NCBI GenBank assembly: GCA_965212015.1
Contig: OZ243037.1
Span: 1,216,001 to 1,280,000 of the forward strand
Direction: 5' to 3'
DNA from: Cenarchaeum sp.
GTDB taxonomy: Archaea > Thermoproteota > Nitrososphaeria > Nitrososphaerales > Nitrosopumilaceae
Length of the DNA: 64,000 bases
The position numbers and the translations under genes were made by a program. The notes below the pieces were generated by a model. The model ran no database searches. It worked only from the letters and a program-made list of their open reading frames with translations, and was not told where the DNA came from. Of this stretch, positions 1 to 9,013 are shown one piece after another. Within the stretch, counting starts at the first letter, position 1. Each line of letters starts with the position of its first letter.

Positions 1-14
1 TATCACAGATTACC

Positions 15-1277
15 CTAGCCAACTGTTCCTGCCCCGATCAGCCGCCACCTGTCAGAGATCCGCCGGCTGATTGCTATGCTTGCGCCCTCAAAGAGGCACA
101 CGGATCTCCTGAATTCAACCCGTATGTTGCCGTCCTTTGCCCCGAGCACCTTGCACAGGGCAGGCGCGGTGCCGACGCTGAGTCGCAACATCTCGCCGGT
201 CTGGATTGGCGTCACCTTGGCTGCGGCGTCTGTTCCCACCGCCGAATCAAAAAGATCCACTGTCATTTTGGACTCGTCAGAGTTCTCAGGCAGCGTTCCT
301 GGCCTGCCTATCACCGAGCCGATAAACGCATCCCCGCTGGTCATCGAGGGATCAAGCTTTGTGCCTATTGCGATGAGTCCGCCGGGCTTTACTGCGTCCA
401 CCATTCCGGCGCCGGTTCCCAGCGAGATGATTTCGGTCCGTATTGACTCGTACGACTTTTTTTTCTCATTTAATAGTCCCGGCTTGATTTCCACCTCGTC
501 GCCGACCTTTAGCGTTCCCTGGGTAAGCGAGCCGCCGATAATCCCCCCCTTCATGTCGCCTATCCTTGTGCCCGGCCTGTTGACGTCAAAGGAGCGCAGC
601 ACGTGCATGACGGGCTCTTTTGACTCGCTCCTCTCGGGGGTGCGTATGGTCGTCTCTATTGCGTGCACCAGCGCGCGCATGTTGAGTCCGGACTGTGCAG
701 AGACGGGAATTACCGGGGATTTGGACGCGTCTGTCCCCTTTAGAAATTTTGCAATATCCGAATAGTTTTCCATGGCCTCCTGGTATGTCAGCAGATCGAC
801 TTTGTTTTGCACCACGACTATCTGCTTTATGCCCAGGATTTGCAGCGCAAGCATGTGCTCTTCGGTCTGCAGCTGCGGCACCTTTTGGTTTGCACCCACC
901 ACTAGCAGCGCCCCGTCCATCAGTGCGGCGCCAGAAAGCATGTTTGCCATGAGGCTTTCGTGTCCGGGGCTGTCGACAAAGCTTACGACCCTCGAGAACT
1001 CGGACTCTCCGCCGCAGTTGGGGCACTTTGTGGACGTGGAATATCCCAGAATCGGCTCGCAGCTCGGACACTTGTAAAACGCGGCGTCAGAATAGCCCAC
1101 GCGGATTGTAATCCCACGCTTTAGCTCCTGGCTGTGGACGCTGGTCCAGACGCCGGTCAGGGACTGGATCAGAGTCGTCTTGCCGTGATCCACGTGGCCC
1201 GAGGTCCCTATATTGACGCACGGCTGGTATCCGTATTTTTTTACATACCAGTCGGGAAGGGTTTCTTTCCAGTGCAA
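15..1277 (-). CDS. eif2g: Translation initiation factor aIF-2 subunit gamma
   Basis: GTPase motifs GHVDHGKT, RGITI, DSPGH, NKVD; CxxC..CxxC Zn knuckle; C-terminal RWRLIG. Confidence 0.97.
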   Translation of the reverse strand: MHWKETLPDWYVKKYGYQPCVNIGTSGHVDHGKTTLIQSLTGVWTSVHSQELKRGITIRVGYSDAAFYKCPSCEPILGYSTSTKCPNCGGESEFSRVVSFVDSPGHESLMANMLSGAALMDGALLVVGANQKVPQLQTEEHMLALQILGIKQIVVVQNKVDLLTYQEAMENYSDIAKFLKGTDASKSPVIPVSAQSGLNMRALVHAIETTIRTPERSESKEPVMHVLRSFDVNRPGTRIGDMKGGIIGGSLTQGTLKVGDEVEIKPGLLNEKKKSYESIRTEIISLGTGAGMVDAVKPGGLIAIGTKLDPSMTSGDAFIGSVIGRPGTLPENSDESKMTVDLFDSAVGTDAAAKVTPIQTGEMLRLSVGTAPALCKVLGAKDGNIRVEFRRSVCLFEGASIAISRRISDRWRLIGAGTVG

Positions 1278-1309
1278 CGATCAGATACAAAAAAGCCGTA
1301 TATGTTAAG

Positions 1310-1690
1310 CTATTCCTTGGTTTTGTCGGCTGTCTGCTCGGCCTTTGGCAACTCGCCGTCAAGCCGGCAGTTGATCTGGTAAATCTCCTCGGAGATTTGG
1401 TTTCCCCGCACCAGCTTGCGCACGCGCTCGCCTTTTTCTGCATCCTGCAGCCCCACTCCCTTGGATAGCAGGACGTATTTTCTTGCCGCACCGTGCACGT
1501 CCTCGCGCATCGGCACGCCCGACTTGTCGCTTCCGCCGGTAATCGTAATCTTTCCTGGAAAATCAACTGCCGCCGCGTCTGCCTCCGAGCCTATCTCTAG
1601 GCCCAGCAGCGGGTTGGCATCGCCGTCTTTGAGCTCTTTGGTAATTGATTTTCCCTTGCTGTCAGATATTGTCAACTTGAAGCTGGCCAA
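1310..1690 (-). CDS. rps6e: 30S ribosomal protein S6e
   Basis: ITGGSDKSGVPMR, RKLVRGN, QINC motifs; typical position upstream of aIF-2 gamma; TTG start at 1690 assumed. Confidence 0.93.
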   Translation of the reverse strand: MASFKLTISDSKGKSITKELKDGDANPLLGLEIGSEADAAAVDFPGKITITGGSDKSGVPMREDVHGAARKYVLLSKGVGLQDAEKGERVRKLVRGNQISEEIYQINCRLDGELPKAEQTADKTKE

Positions 1691-1814
1691 GTATTGCAAA
1701 AAAACCGCGAACTACTAATTAAGGTTTGCCTAGTCGCAGGTAAAGCGCGCCACATCCGGCGGATGCACGGCGCGGCGAAAAATTGTTTTAAGGCAGGGAA
1801 TGGATGACTAGTCT

Positions 1815-1937
1815 GTGCCGGAGGATATTGCGTGCCCCATATGCGATACCAAGATGCTGGACATACAGGTGTGCCACATGCTGTGCCCAAGGTGTGGTGC
1901 GAATCTGGACTGCTCAGACAAGGGCAGCTATTGGTGA
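1815..1937 (+). CDS. Small zinc-finger micro-protein (40 aa, CPxC...CPxCG...DCSD)
   Basis: Hand translation from GTG: MPEDIACPICDTKMLDIQVCHMLCPRCGANLDCSDKGSYW; below the ORF-track cutoff; AT-rich TTTTAAG element upstream. Confidence 0.7.
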   Translation: MPEDIACPICDTKMLDIQVCHMLCPRCGANLDCSDKGSYW

Positions 1938-1938
1938 A

Positions 1939-2115
1939 TCACATGCCGCCGGGCCTGTCGGGGATATAGTCGGCTGCCATGTTGACTGCCTCCTGCTTCA
2001 TGATCTCTAGGTACTCGTCATAGCCTGCCTTAAAACCGCAGTGCGGGCAGAGCACCCTTGTGACATTGTCATCCAGTACGGCGATATTGCCGCACTCGGG
2101 ACACCGCGCATCCAT
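1939..2115 (-). CDS. Small Zn-ribbon protein (58 aa)
   Basis: Hand translation: MDARCPECGNIAVLDDNVTRVLCPHCGFKAGYDEYLEIMKQEAVNMAADYIPDRPGGM; two CPxCG motifs. Confidence 0.8.
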   Translation of the reverse strand: MDARCPECGNIAVLDDNVTRVLCPHCGFKAGYDEYLEIMKQEAVNMAADYIPDRPGGM

Positions 2116-2135
2116 GACTGGGATGGGCCTTCAAG

Positions 2136-2144
2136 GTATATAAC
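2136..2144. promoter_or_regulatory. TATA-like element between the divergent Zn-ribbon gene and tRNA-Gly
   Basis: TATATAA about 25 nt from both the tRNA 5' end (2168) and the ATG at 2115. Confidence 0.5.
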
Positions 2145-2167
2145 GATAGTTTTCAAATCCAGTGTGT

Positions 2168-2241
2168 GCGGAGTTAGTCTAGCCCGGTATGACGTCAGCT
2201 TCCCAAGCTGAAGGTCGCGTGTTCAAATCCCGCGCTCCGCA
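2168..2241 (+). tRNA. tRNA-Gly (anticodon CCC), no intron, CCA not encoded
   Basis: Acceptor GCGGAGT/GCTCCGC, anticodon arm TCAGC-TTCCCAA-GCTGA, T loop TTCAAAT. Confidence 0.93.
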
Positions 2242-3203
2242 TCCAATTCACCGAGCGCCTGCCGGACGGACTCGGCGTCAGACGCATTGGGGACGCGCCT
2301 GAGATAGTCCTCCAGGTCGGATTTGGCCTGGGCGTTTTTGTCCTGCTGCATTCTGGCAAGTGCGCGGTTTTTGTAGATCGGCCCGTACCTCGTGGGATTG
2401 ATCTGTATGGCGCGCGTGTAAAATTTCTCGGATTCGGCAAAGTTTTTGGTCTTTAGGTAATAGTTGCCAAGGCCCCTGTACGCAAGAAAGGAGAGGCCGT
2501 TGATCTCGATGCTTTTCTTATAGTAACTGACGCACTCGGCAGAGTTTTGCTCGTTGTGGATGGAGCCCAGCATCGAGTAGGCAGTCGCGTTTTTTTTATC
2601 AAGGCGCACTGCCTGCATCAGCGAGTCGATCGCCTCCTTTGTGTTTTTTAGCAGGTTCAGCCGCTCAGAGACAAAGCACAGGCGGTTTGACTTTGCGCCG
2701 TCCTCGTCTGCTGCGGGGATTTTTGAGATGGCCTCTGCCGTTCCAAGGATTATCATCAGCCTTCCGTCCTCAGACCAGATCCTGTCGAACTGTTTTTCTG
2801 GTATTATTCCCACCTGGAACTCGTCGCCGCTTACCGCCTGCGGGATATAGTGCATGATGGTCCTTTCTGCGTCGTCGTACCCGGATATGACAGACGCGTG
2901 CTGGATCGTGTTTTGGACCCCCGGCAGTATTACTATCGGCGGAATGCCCGCGTCAATCACCCCCTTTAGCCGGGCGAGGCTTCCGTGGGCTATGATGCCC
3001 CGCAGGCCGTGCCTTTCGGCCAGCTCTATGCCCTCAATCAGGATGCTGCCGTTGATGCCTGCGTATTTTTTCGAAATCTCTACTGCCTCGCGCATCGGCA
3101 GCTCGACGTTCCAGTATTTGGACACTGCATTGATGGAGAGCGGCAGGCATATGTTGTCCTCCCTGATCATCGGCAGTATCAGCTCGTGCTCGGACGAATC
3201 CAT
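2223..3203 (-). CDS. C39-like peptidase domain + TPR repeat protein
   Basis: N-terminal Cys (NICLP) and QHASVISGYD His/Asp motif; C-terminal TPR helices (AYSMLG, AYRGLGNYY, IYKNRA). Confidence 0.75.
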   Translation of the reverse strand: MDSSEHELILPMIREDNICLPLSINAVSKYWNVELPMREAVEISKKYAGINGSILIEGIELAERHGLRGIIAHGSLARLKGVIDAGIPPIVILPGVQNTIQHASVISGYDDAERTIMHYIPQAVSGDEFQVGIIPEKQFDRIWSEDGRLMIILGTAEAISKIPAADEDGAKSNRLCFVSERLNLLKNTKEAIDSLMQAVRLDKKNATAYSMLGSIHNEQNSAECVSYYKKSIEINGLSFLAYRGLGNYYLKTKNFAESEKFYTRAIQINPTRYGPIYKNRALARMQQDKNAQAKSDLEDYLRRVPNASDAESVRQALGELDAERGI

Positions 3204-3237
3204 ACACGTGCAAAGGCGCCCTAGTTATTAATACCAA

Positions 3238-3798
3238 TCAGAGCATGACGAATCTGCGTATGAGCTTCTGTCCGTCCTCGCTCATCTCTGGGTGAAACTG
3301 CGTGCCAAATATCCGGGAATTGCCCACGCGCACCAGCTCGTTGTCGCAGCTGCCGGATCGTCCAATGCCGGACATGGAGCCGCCCAGCTTTGATATCTCA
3401 AAGCGGTGGCTCTCAAAGACTGACATGCCGCCAGAGCACAGCGGGTTGGATTCGAGAACCTCCACGGTCTCTGTGCCCCGCACGTGGGCGGACCGCCTTA
3501 TGGTTCCCCCGAGGGTGAGGGCGAGGATTTCTGCGCCGTAGCAGATGCCAAGAAGCGGCATGCCGCCAGATACCGCATGCCGGACTATGCTAGAGTTCAG
3601 CGCGTTCATGGCCGCGCTGTTTTTTATGCGCCCCGACAAAATGTACGAGTCAAAGCCTGCCAGCTGCGAGACGTCCAGCACGTCGGAGGCGATTCTCCTA
3701 AAGTCGGTTCCAAGCGTGCGCAAAAAGTCAACGAGGTTTTTTGTAAAGACAGAACCGTTGTCAAGTACCAGTAGCAACCACCAGTAGGAAAAGGCCAT
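3238..3798 (-). CDS. Class I glutamine amidotransferase (GMP synthase glutaminase-like)
   Basis: PLLGICYG nucleophile elbow and GTQFHPE; true start probably slightly downstream. Confidence 0.88.
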   Translation of the reverse strand: MAFSYWWLLLVLDNGSVFTKNLVDFLRTLGTDFRRIASDVLDVSQLAGFDSYILSGRIKNSAAMNALNSSIVRHAVSGGMPLLGICYGAEILALTLGGTIRRSAHVRGTETVEVLESNPLCSGGMSVFESHRFEISKLGGSMSGIGRSGSCDNELVRVGNSRIFGTQFHPEMSEDGQKLIRRFVML

Positions 3799-3846
3799 CT
3801 TAAATGAATCTTTCAGGGCGCGTATGTTGCGGGTGAGTCTGCGCGC

Positions 3847-6702
3847 CTAGCCGCCGACTTCGATCGAGATGTAGTGCAGCTGCGTAATGCCGTCCTTGAC
3901 TATGATGGTGCCAAAGTTAAACGCGTCGTCCTGCTCCCATATGAAGACCCTTTCGGTGGGTGCGGCAAACTCGTCGATAAAGTCCGATATCAGCTCCTCT
4001 GTGTCCCTGCGCTCGGCGTCGGTATAGAAGAATATCTCGCCCTCCTGGAACGACACCGGAACCTGGATCGAAGTCGGCTCGATGATCTCAATGTCCGCCT
4101 CTGCAAACAGCCCCTTGATCAGCGAGATTCTGTCGGATCTTTCCAGCTCCGCAGACGAGCCCCCGGTGACGGCGGAGTTGGTGGGAATGCCGGAGAGTTT
4201 TTGCAGGTACGCCTCAAAGGCCTCCTCCTGCGTCTGGCCCAGGCCCACGTGGTATTCGCCGGTAAAGGCAGCACCCACTGCCGCAATGGTTCCCAGCTGC
4301 GCAACTACGCCGCCGGCGCCTGCGGTGTATACGGGGATGAAATATGTGTCGTGATCCCCCACGTGGTACAAAATGTTGTCGCCCACCCGCGGGTTGCGCA
4401 GCAGCGTCTTTAGCTGGGCAAAGTCCGGATCCCGGTCCAGTGCCTCGTTTACCGCAGTCGGGCCTATCAGCTTTGTAGTGGAGTTTAGCGGCACCTCGTA
4501 GAACTGCATGTTGCCCAGGTTGGGAAGATCGTTTTGCACGACCATGAATCCGGCCAGGTTACGTCCCTGCGATCCCCGCAGCTCAAGGGAGAGCAGGCCG
4601 ACGAACTCTGGCTTTTCAAAGCCGGGAGGCTTGGCCTCTATGTAATAGGTGTCAAGCCCGCGCGGTATCTCGTAGAACTCGTTTGCCTGTATGTAGGTCT
4701 CCACGTCAGTCACGTGGTAAAAGTTGTACATGCTTGTCTTCCAGTTGAAGAGCTCGACTGGATACCTTACCTGCTCTTGCAGCCACGAGGGGATTGGCTC
4801 GAACTCTTCGCCGTACTGGTTTTCAAACATTTCGGTAAAAAAGTCGTCGCCGACTTTGAGCAGGCGGATCTCCCCGTCATAGGTGTCAATCAGGGCATAG
4901 CCGATCAGCCGTATGTAATAGTTGTCGTCTGCCCACGGGACGTCGTCGGCCCTGATGCCAAAGATCAGCGGCACGAGCCAGTAAGAGTCGATCCCGTCGG
5001 TGACAGGGTAAGAGTCCAGCTCCTTGTCAAAAAAGTTGTATACGAAATACGGATAGAGGGTCTCCATCCTGGAATTGATGTCCTTGTACCTCATGATGTG
5101 GATCGGCTCTGTGGGAAACGAGAGCAGAAAGTTCGGCTCAAATATCCAGCTCATCGGGGGAGGCAGCGTCAGGCCCCCCGTGCCGTCGTAAAACTCTTCG
5201 TTTAGCTCCGCGCTGACGTCGCCCCGGTTGACCGGGTATCCCGACCAGGTATCGGCCAGCAGGCCGCCCTCGCCGTAATAGATGAGCCTTTGCGAGAAAA
5301 ACTTTGAGCTGTCGACTATCTGGCCCTCTGTTGCGTCCAGGGTGAGGAATCCGTTGGGCACGTGCGTGTACACCAGGTGCTCGTTGTACCATCTGTCGGC
5401 CACATCAACGGACGGCGGCAGTATGGGCGTCATCGACGCAGTCCAGTAGAGCGTATTGTTAAAGCGCAAAATGTCATTGTCCTCAAAGGCGACGTACGGG
5501 ATTAGGCCTATTTCGGGCTTTAGCTTTGCAAAGGCCGCCTCCCAGTCCCATACGCGGATGACGTCTAGCACGTCGCTGTTCTGCCGGATATAGCTGTCGA
5601 TATTGTTAGCAGAGATCGGATCTAGATGCACGTCGTGGACTTTTTCGTTGATCTGATCCAGCTCCGCCAGATAGCGGTTCACGCCTATCTGCTGCGCCGT
5701 GTACGGGCCGAGGTACTCGATCTTTCTTGCGTCGGCTATGCTGTCGTTGACGAGGATTATTCCGACTGTGATTATGGTGATGGCGATTATCACCAGGATG
5801 CGGATGTATACGTCCCTGCTCAGCATGTGGGTGAGAACCTTGGCGCGAATCCTGTCGGTAAGCGAGAATGCTATGAATGTAAACCCGATTATCAGCACGC
5901 CTGCGATCACGTATCTTGTGTTATAGTCAATCTGACTGGTGAAAAACAAATTAAAGCCCGTCCACAGGACGCCGATTCCGATTATCGCCTCGATTGTGGA
6001 CACATAGTTCAGATAGCGCGGCTTGCCCTCTGAGGTGTCGTGTATGTACGACGTTATGACGCCGATCATCGAGTGCAGTCCGACGTAGAGAATCAGCCGC
6101 AGCCCGACTGCAGTCAGGATCGGCGGGATCAGCACCAGCAGCGCGGGAATTATCGGGATTATCTGCTCGTCAGAATACGCCGGATCGGTGGGCGGCGTGA
6201 CAAACGGAAGCGAGAACAGCGTGGGAATGTTCTCCACGCCCAGCGTGTTGCCGTCGATGACTTCCATCGCGGCGAATCCGAACAGCACGTTTGTGAAAAA
6301 CGCCCCAAAGAGGAATATCTTGGTTATCTGCCATATTACAAACTGGACGGATCCGATCCTATAGTCCCTGTAGCTTGTAATGCCGGCAGAGATCGGCTCG
6401 CGCGAGCTCCTGCCCATAAACGTGATGGCCGTGCTGATCACGTACCAAAAGATCGACGATCTGCGCGCCACATTGACGCGTACCAGCGAGACGGCAGACA
6501 GTATCAGCGCCGAGATTACAGAGTAGAATAGCGGTTTTATGAACTTGTCATCGAACTCGCTGATGTTCATAAAGAGCGTAATGCCCTGGACTCCCACTAT
6601 GAACAGTATTGTCAGCCCTATGGCGGCGACTATGGCAAATTTGACGTATTTGCCAGCATTTGGTGGCGGAGCCCTCTCAGTAGATGCGCTATACAAAACC
6701 AA
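3847..6702 (-). CDS. UPF0182 family membrane protein
   Basis: ~8 N-terminal TM helices; HLVYTH, IYYGE, DTYDGEI, VRYP motifs. Confidence 0.85.
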   Translation of the reverse strand: MVLYSASTERAPPPNAGKYVKFAIVAAIGLTILFIVGVQGITLFMNISEFDDKFIKPLFYSVISALILSAVSLVRVNVARRSSIFWYVISTAITFMGRSSREPISAGITSYRDYRIGSVQFVIWQITKIFLFGAFFTNVLFGFAAMEVIDGNTLGVENIPTLFSLPFVTPPTDPAYSDEQIIPIIPALLVLIPPILTAVGLRLILYVGLHSMIGVITSYIHDTSEGKPRYLNYVSTIEAIIGIGVLWTGFNLFFTSQIDYNTRYVIAGVLIIGFTFIAFSLTDRIRAKVLTHMLSRDVYIRILVIIAITIITVGIILVNDSIADARKIEYLGPYTAQQIGVNRYLAELDQINEKVHDVHLDPISANNIDSYIRQNSDVLDVIRVWDWEAAFAKLKPEIGLIPYVAFEDNDILRFNNTLYWTASMTPILPPSVDVADRWYNEHLVYTHVPNGFLTLDATEGQIVDSSKFFSQRLIYYGEGGLLADTWSGYPVNRGDVSAELNEEFYDGTGGLTLPPPMSWIFEPNFLLSFPTEPIHIMRYKDINSRMETLYPYFVYNFFDKELDSYPVTDGIDSYWLVPLIFGIRADDVPWADDNYYIRLIGYALIDTYDGEIRLLKVGDDFFTEMFENQYGEEFEPIPSWLQEQVRYPVELFNWKTSMYNFYHVTDVETYIQANEFYEIPRGLDTYYIEAKPPGFEKPEFVGLLSLELRGSQGRNLAGFMVVQNDLPNLGNMQFYEVPLNSTTKLIGPTAVNEALDRDPDFAQLKTLLRNPRVGDNILYHVGDHDTYFIPVYTAGAGGVVAQLGTIAAVGAAFTGEYHVGLGQTQEEAFEAYLQKLSGIPTNSAVTGGSSAELERSDRISLIKGLFAEADIEIIEPTSIQVPVSFQEGEIFFYTDAERRDTEELISDFIDEFAAPTERVFIWEQDDAFNFGTIIVKDGITQLHYISIEVGG

Positions 6703-6774
6703 CTTTGGTCGTTTCTTGGCAAATTAATGTCTTACCGGATGGGCCGTACGGGGATTGGGCGTGAAAAATTCGGC

Positions 6775-7902
6775 TCAAAGGGGGGCTATGGTGGCCAGTC
6801 CCTTGCAGACCATGTATGCGGCTGCGAATCTTGGCACGACGACTGATTCGCCCCCATATGGGCCGAATTTCGTGTTTTTGAGCATGAATTCCGCCGGGAC
6901 GTCGGCAGTCACCCTGACCTCGTCTGCGTCAATCAGGCACGCCTCGTCATACGGGTCAAACCCGTCAATGTCCGGGCAGGGAATCTTGGCCAGGCCGCTC
7001 TTGCCGTTAAGTGAGCCGGCAAGCCTGAATATCCTGTGCACGTCCATCGTGACGTTGGGGTCGATTACTGCGCCAATTACAGGCGAGAGATCCCGGAGCC
7101 GGCCTGCAAACGAGTCATAGCCGTCCTCGATCATCTTTGTGACGATTTTGGATCGCTGTGACTTTGGGTTGAGGATTTCCCTGGAGAGCCTGCCCCTCCA
7201 TCCCTTTTCATCGTGCGTGGGAAATTCGGATCTGCGCTGCTTGTATCTCTTTATTCCGAACCTTTCGGGAATCGCGCCGGTAAACGTGATATAGTCTACG
7301 ATGCCCCTGCGCTCCCTAGAGTTGAGCTTTTGAAACTGCGTGTCAGGCACGTGCACGTGAAACCCCTCGTTGCCCGAAAAATAGACTGCGATTGACTTGC
7401 GGTCCACGCCCAGGTCGCCAGTCAGGATGTCTGAGAGCTTTTTGATCTCTTTTTTTGCCGCGCCGATACAGTCCGCGCACGGAAGCGACTTTGTCTCGTT
7501 TTTTGCGGACTTGCAGTGAGGACACGCCGGATCCCCCAGGAATATCCTGCCGCACGATCCGCATTTTTTAAACGTGTGGGCCGGGCGGCACGGCAAGTTG
7601 AGATCCTTTGCGTCTATGTCAAATATCAGATCCGCCTCCCTCCAGTCCTTTTCTGCCATCGGCAGGTCGGGAAAGGAATAGTGGCCGTTTGAGCAGTAAA
7701 TGTCAGACGGGGAGTTTTGCATTATTACAAGGCGGAGCTCCCTGTCGTTTCTGAGGTGCAGGTGGCGCGTCATTCCAGAGTTGAACTTTTGGTATCCGAA
7801 CTCGCGCAGAAACGGCTTTGGCGGGATGCCGATCAGATCAAAGTGATCAAAATAGTACCTCTTGAAGGACTCTTCTAGCATCCTTGCGTCGTCCTCACGC
7901 AT
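6775..7902 (-). CDS. priS: DNA primase small subunit
   Basis: REFG, LIFDIDAKD, FSGNEGFHVH, IDPNVTMDVHRIFRL; Cys-rich Zn insert. Confidence 0.95.
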   Translation of the reverse strand: MREDDARMLEESFKRYYFDHFDLIGIPPKPFLREFGYQKFNSGMTRHLHLRNDRELRLVIMQNSPSDIYCSNGHYSFPDLPMAEKDWREADLIFDIDAKDLNLPCRPAHTFKKCGSCGRIFLGDPACPHCKSAKNETKSLPCADCIGAAKKEIKKLSDILTGDLGVDRKSIAVYFSGNEGFHVHVPDTQFQKLNSRERRGIVDYITFTGAIPERFGIKRYKQRRSEFPTHDEKGWRGRLSREILNPKSQRSKIVTKMIEDGYDSFAGRLRDLSPVIGAVIDPNVTMDVHRIFRLAGSLNGKSGLAKIPCPDIDGFDPYDEACLIDADEVRVTADVPAEFMLKNTKFGPYGGESVVVPRFAAAYMVCKGLATIAPL

Positions 7903-8926
7903 TGCGCCTCCTCCTTCCGAACTGGAGCGGGTTGACTATGCCGTCGCATTCCGGAACGGCAAAGCACAGGTTCTGGGTCTGGAGCTTTGCGCACGAGGGG
8001 CACGAATATTTTGTCCCGCTTCCAGAGGAGCCGGCAAGGTGGTTGAGCTGGTACAGCGTGATCTTTTCGTCATAGTCCGGCGCGTTTTTGAACAGCGGGG
8101 CGATCTGCTGGACGGTCTGGCCCCTGCCAAGCAGGAACGTGGCAAGCATAAAGCGTCCGGAGTGGGGCAGATTCTCGCCGCGCTCTAGCACCTTTATCCC
8201 GTGCTTTATGCACGGCGGAAACTCGGTGGACACCACGGTGCCGGTGGCGAACTTTTTTGCAAGCAGCGCCAGCTTGCTTACCGGCCCCTCAAAGCCGGCG
8301 TACATCTGCGGGGTGTTTGCGGAGGTGATTTTGGAGTGGATATAGTTGCCCAGCTTTGTCCGGATCAGGCGGACGGTCTCGTGTGGGGAGAGAAACACGC
8401 ATCCGTCCTCGACGCGCCTGTTTATCAGGTTCCATTCCCGTTCATGGAATGGCGTGGCGTGCACCACATAGTCAGATACTGAAATCACAAAGCTGTCCTC
8501 GCGCTTTGAGACTGCGACGCCAAACAGGTCCTTTATCAGCCGGACTGCCAGATCGTCCTTTCTTTGGCCGGAGGCGTCGATCAGATCCCTTTCGAGGAAC
8601 TTTTCTGCCCTGCGGGACTCGGCCAGGGCGAACCTCCTGATTAGCGTGTGCATGCCGCCAAACTTTAGCAGGACCACTGCCAGCAGGAACGAAAAGATCT
8701 CGCGCGGAAGAAGCGAGTCACTAGAGACAAAGCTGTCAGTCAGCTCCGACTTGTAGATTTTGCCGTCTGCGGCCACCCGTATCCGGTCATAGGCGCTGTC
8801 CACTATTACCTTCAGGTCGGGATCAGTCCCGAACTGCTCTAGCGAAAAACCCTGGTCCTTGAGATATTTGCCGGAATCTGCAAGAAACGGGTATTTGGCC
8901 ATTTCATCTGAGCCTAGATTTATCAT
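7895..8926 (-). CDS. priL: DNA primase large subunit
   Basis: FPPCI, LPHSGRF, YSCPSCAKL..LC...C Fe-S domain; overlaps priS. Confidence 0.95.
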   Translation of the reverse strand: MINLGSDEMAKYPFLADSGKYLKDQGFSLEQFGTDPDLKVIVDSAYDRIRVAADGKIYKSELTDSFVSSDSLLPREIFSFLLAVVLLKFGGMHTLIRRFALAESRRAEKFLERDLIDASGQRKDDLAVRLIKDLFGVAVSKREDSFVISVSDYVVHATPFHEREWNLINRRVEDGCVFLSPHETVRLIRTKLGNYIHSKITSANTPQMYAGFEGPVSKLALLAKKFATGTVVSTEFPPCIKHGIKVLERGENLPHSGRFMLATFLLGRGQTVQQIAPLFKNAPDYDEKITLYQLNHLAGSSGSGTKYSCPSCAKLQTQNLCFAVPECDGIVNPLQFGRRRRNA

Positions 8927-9013
8927 GCCATATTTTTGTCCCATCCACTTAAAAAATTTGATTCGGGGGCCCATTCTGCGGGGGGCGCCTGCCTGTCAAA
9001 ATTCCTGCGGGTT

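Noticed and set aside
7480-7600. Cys-rich insertion in PriS
   Set aside because: Zn-binding inserts are a known feature of archaeal PriS, so this is not considered novel.
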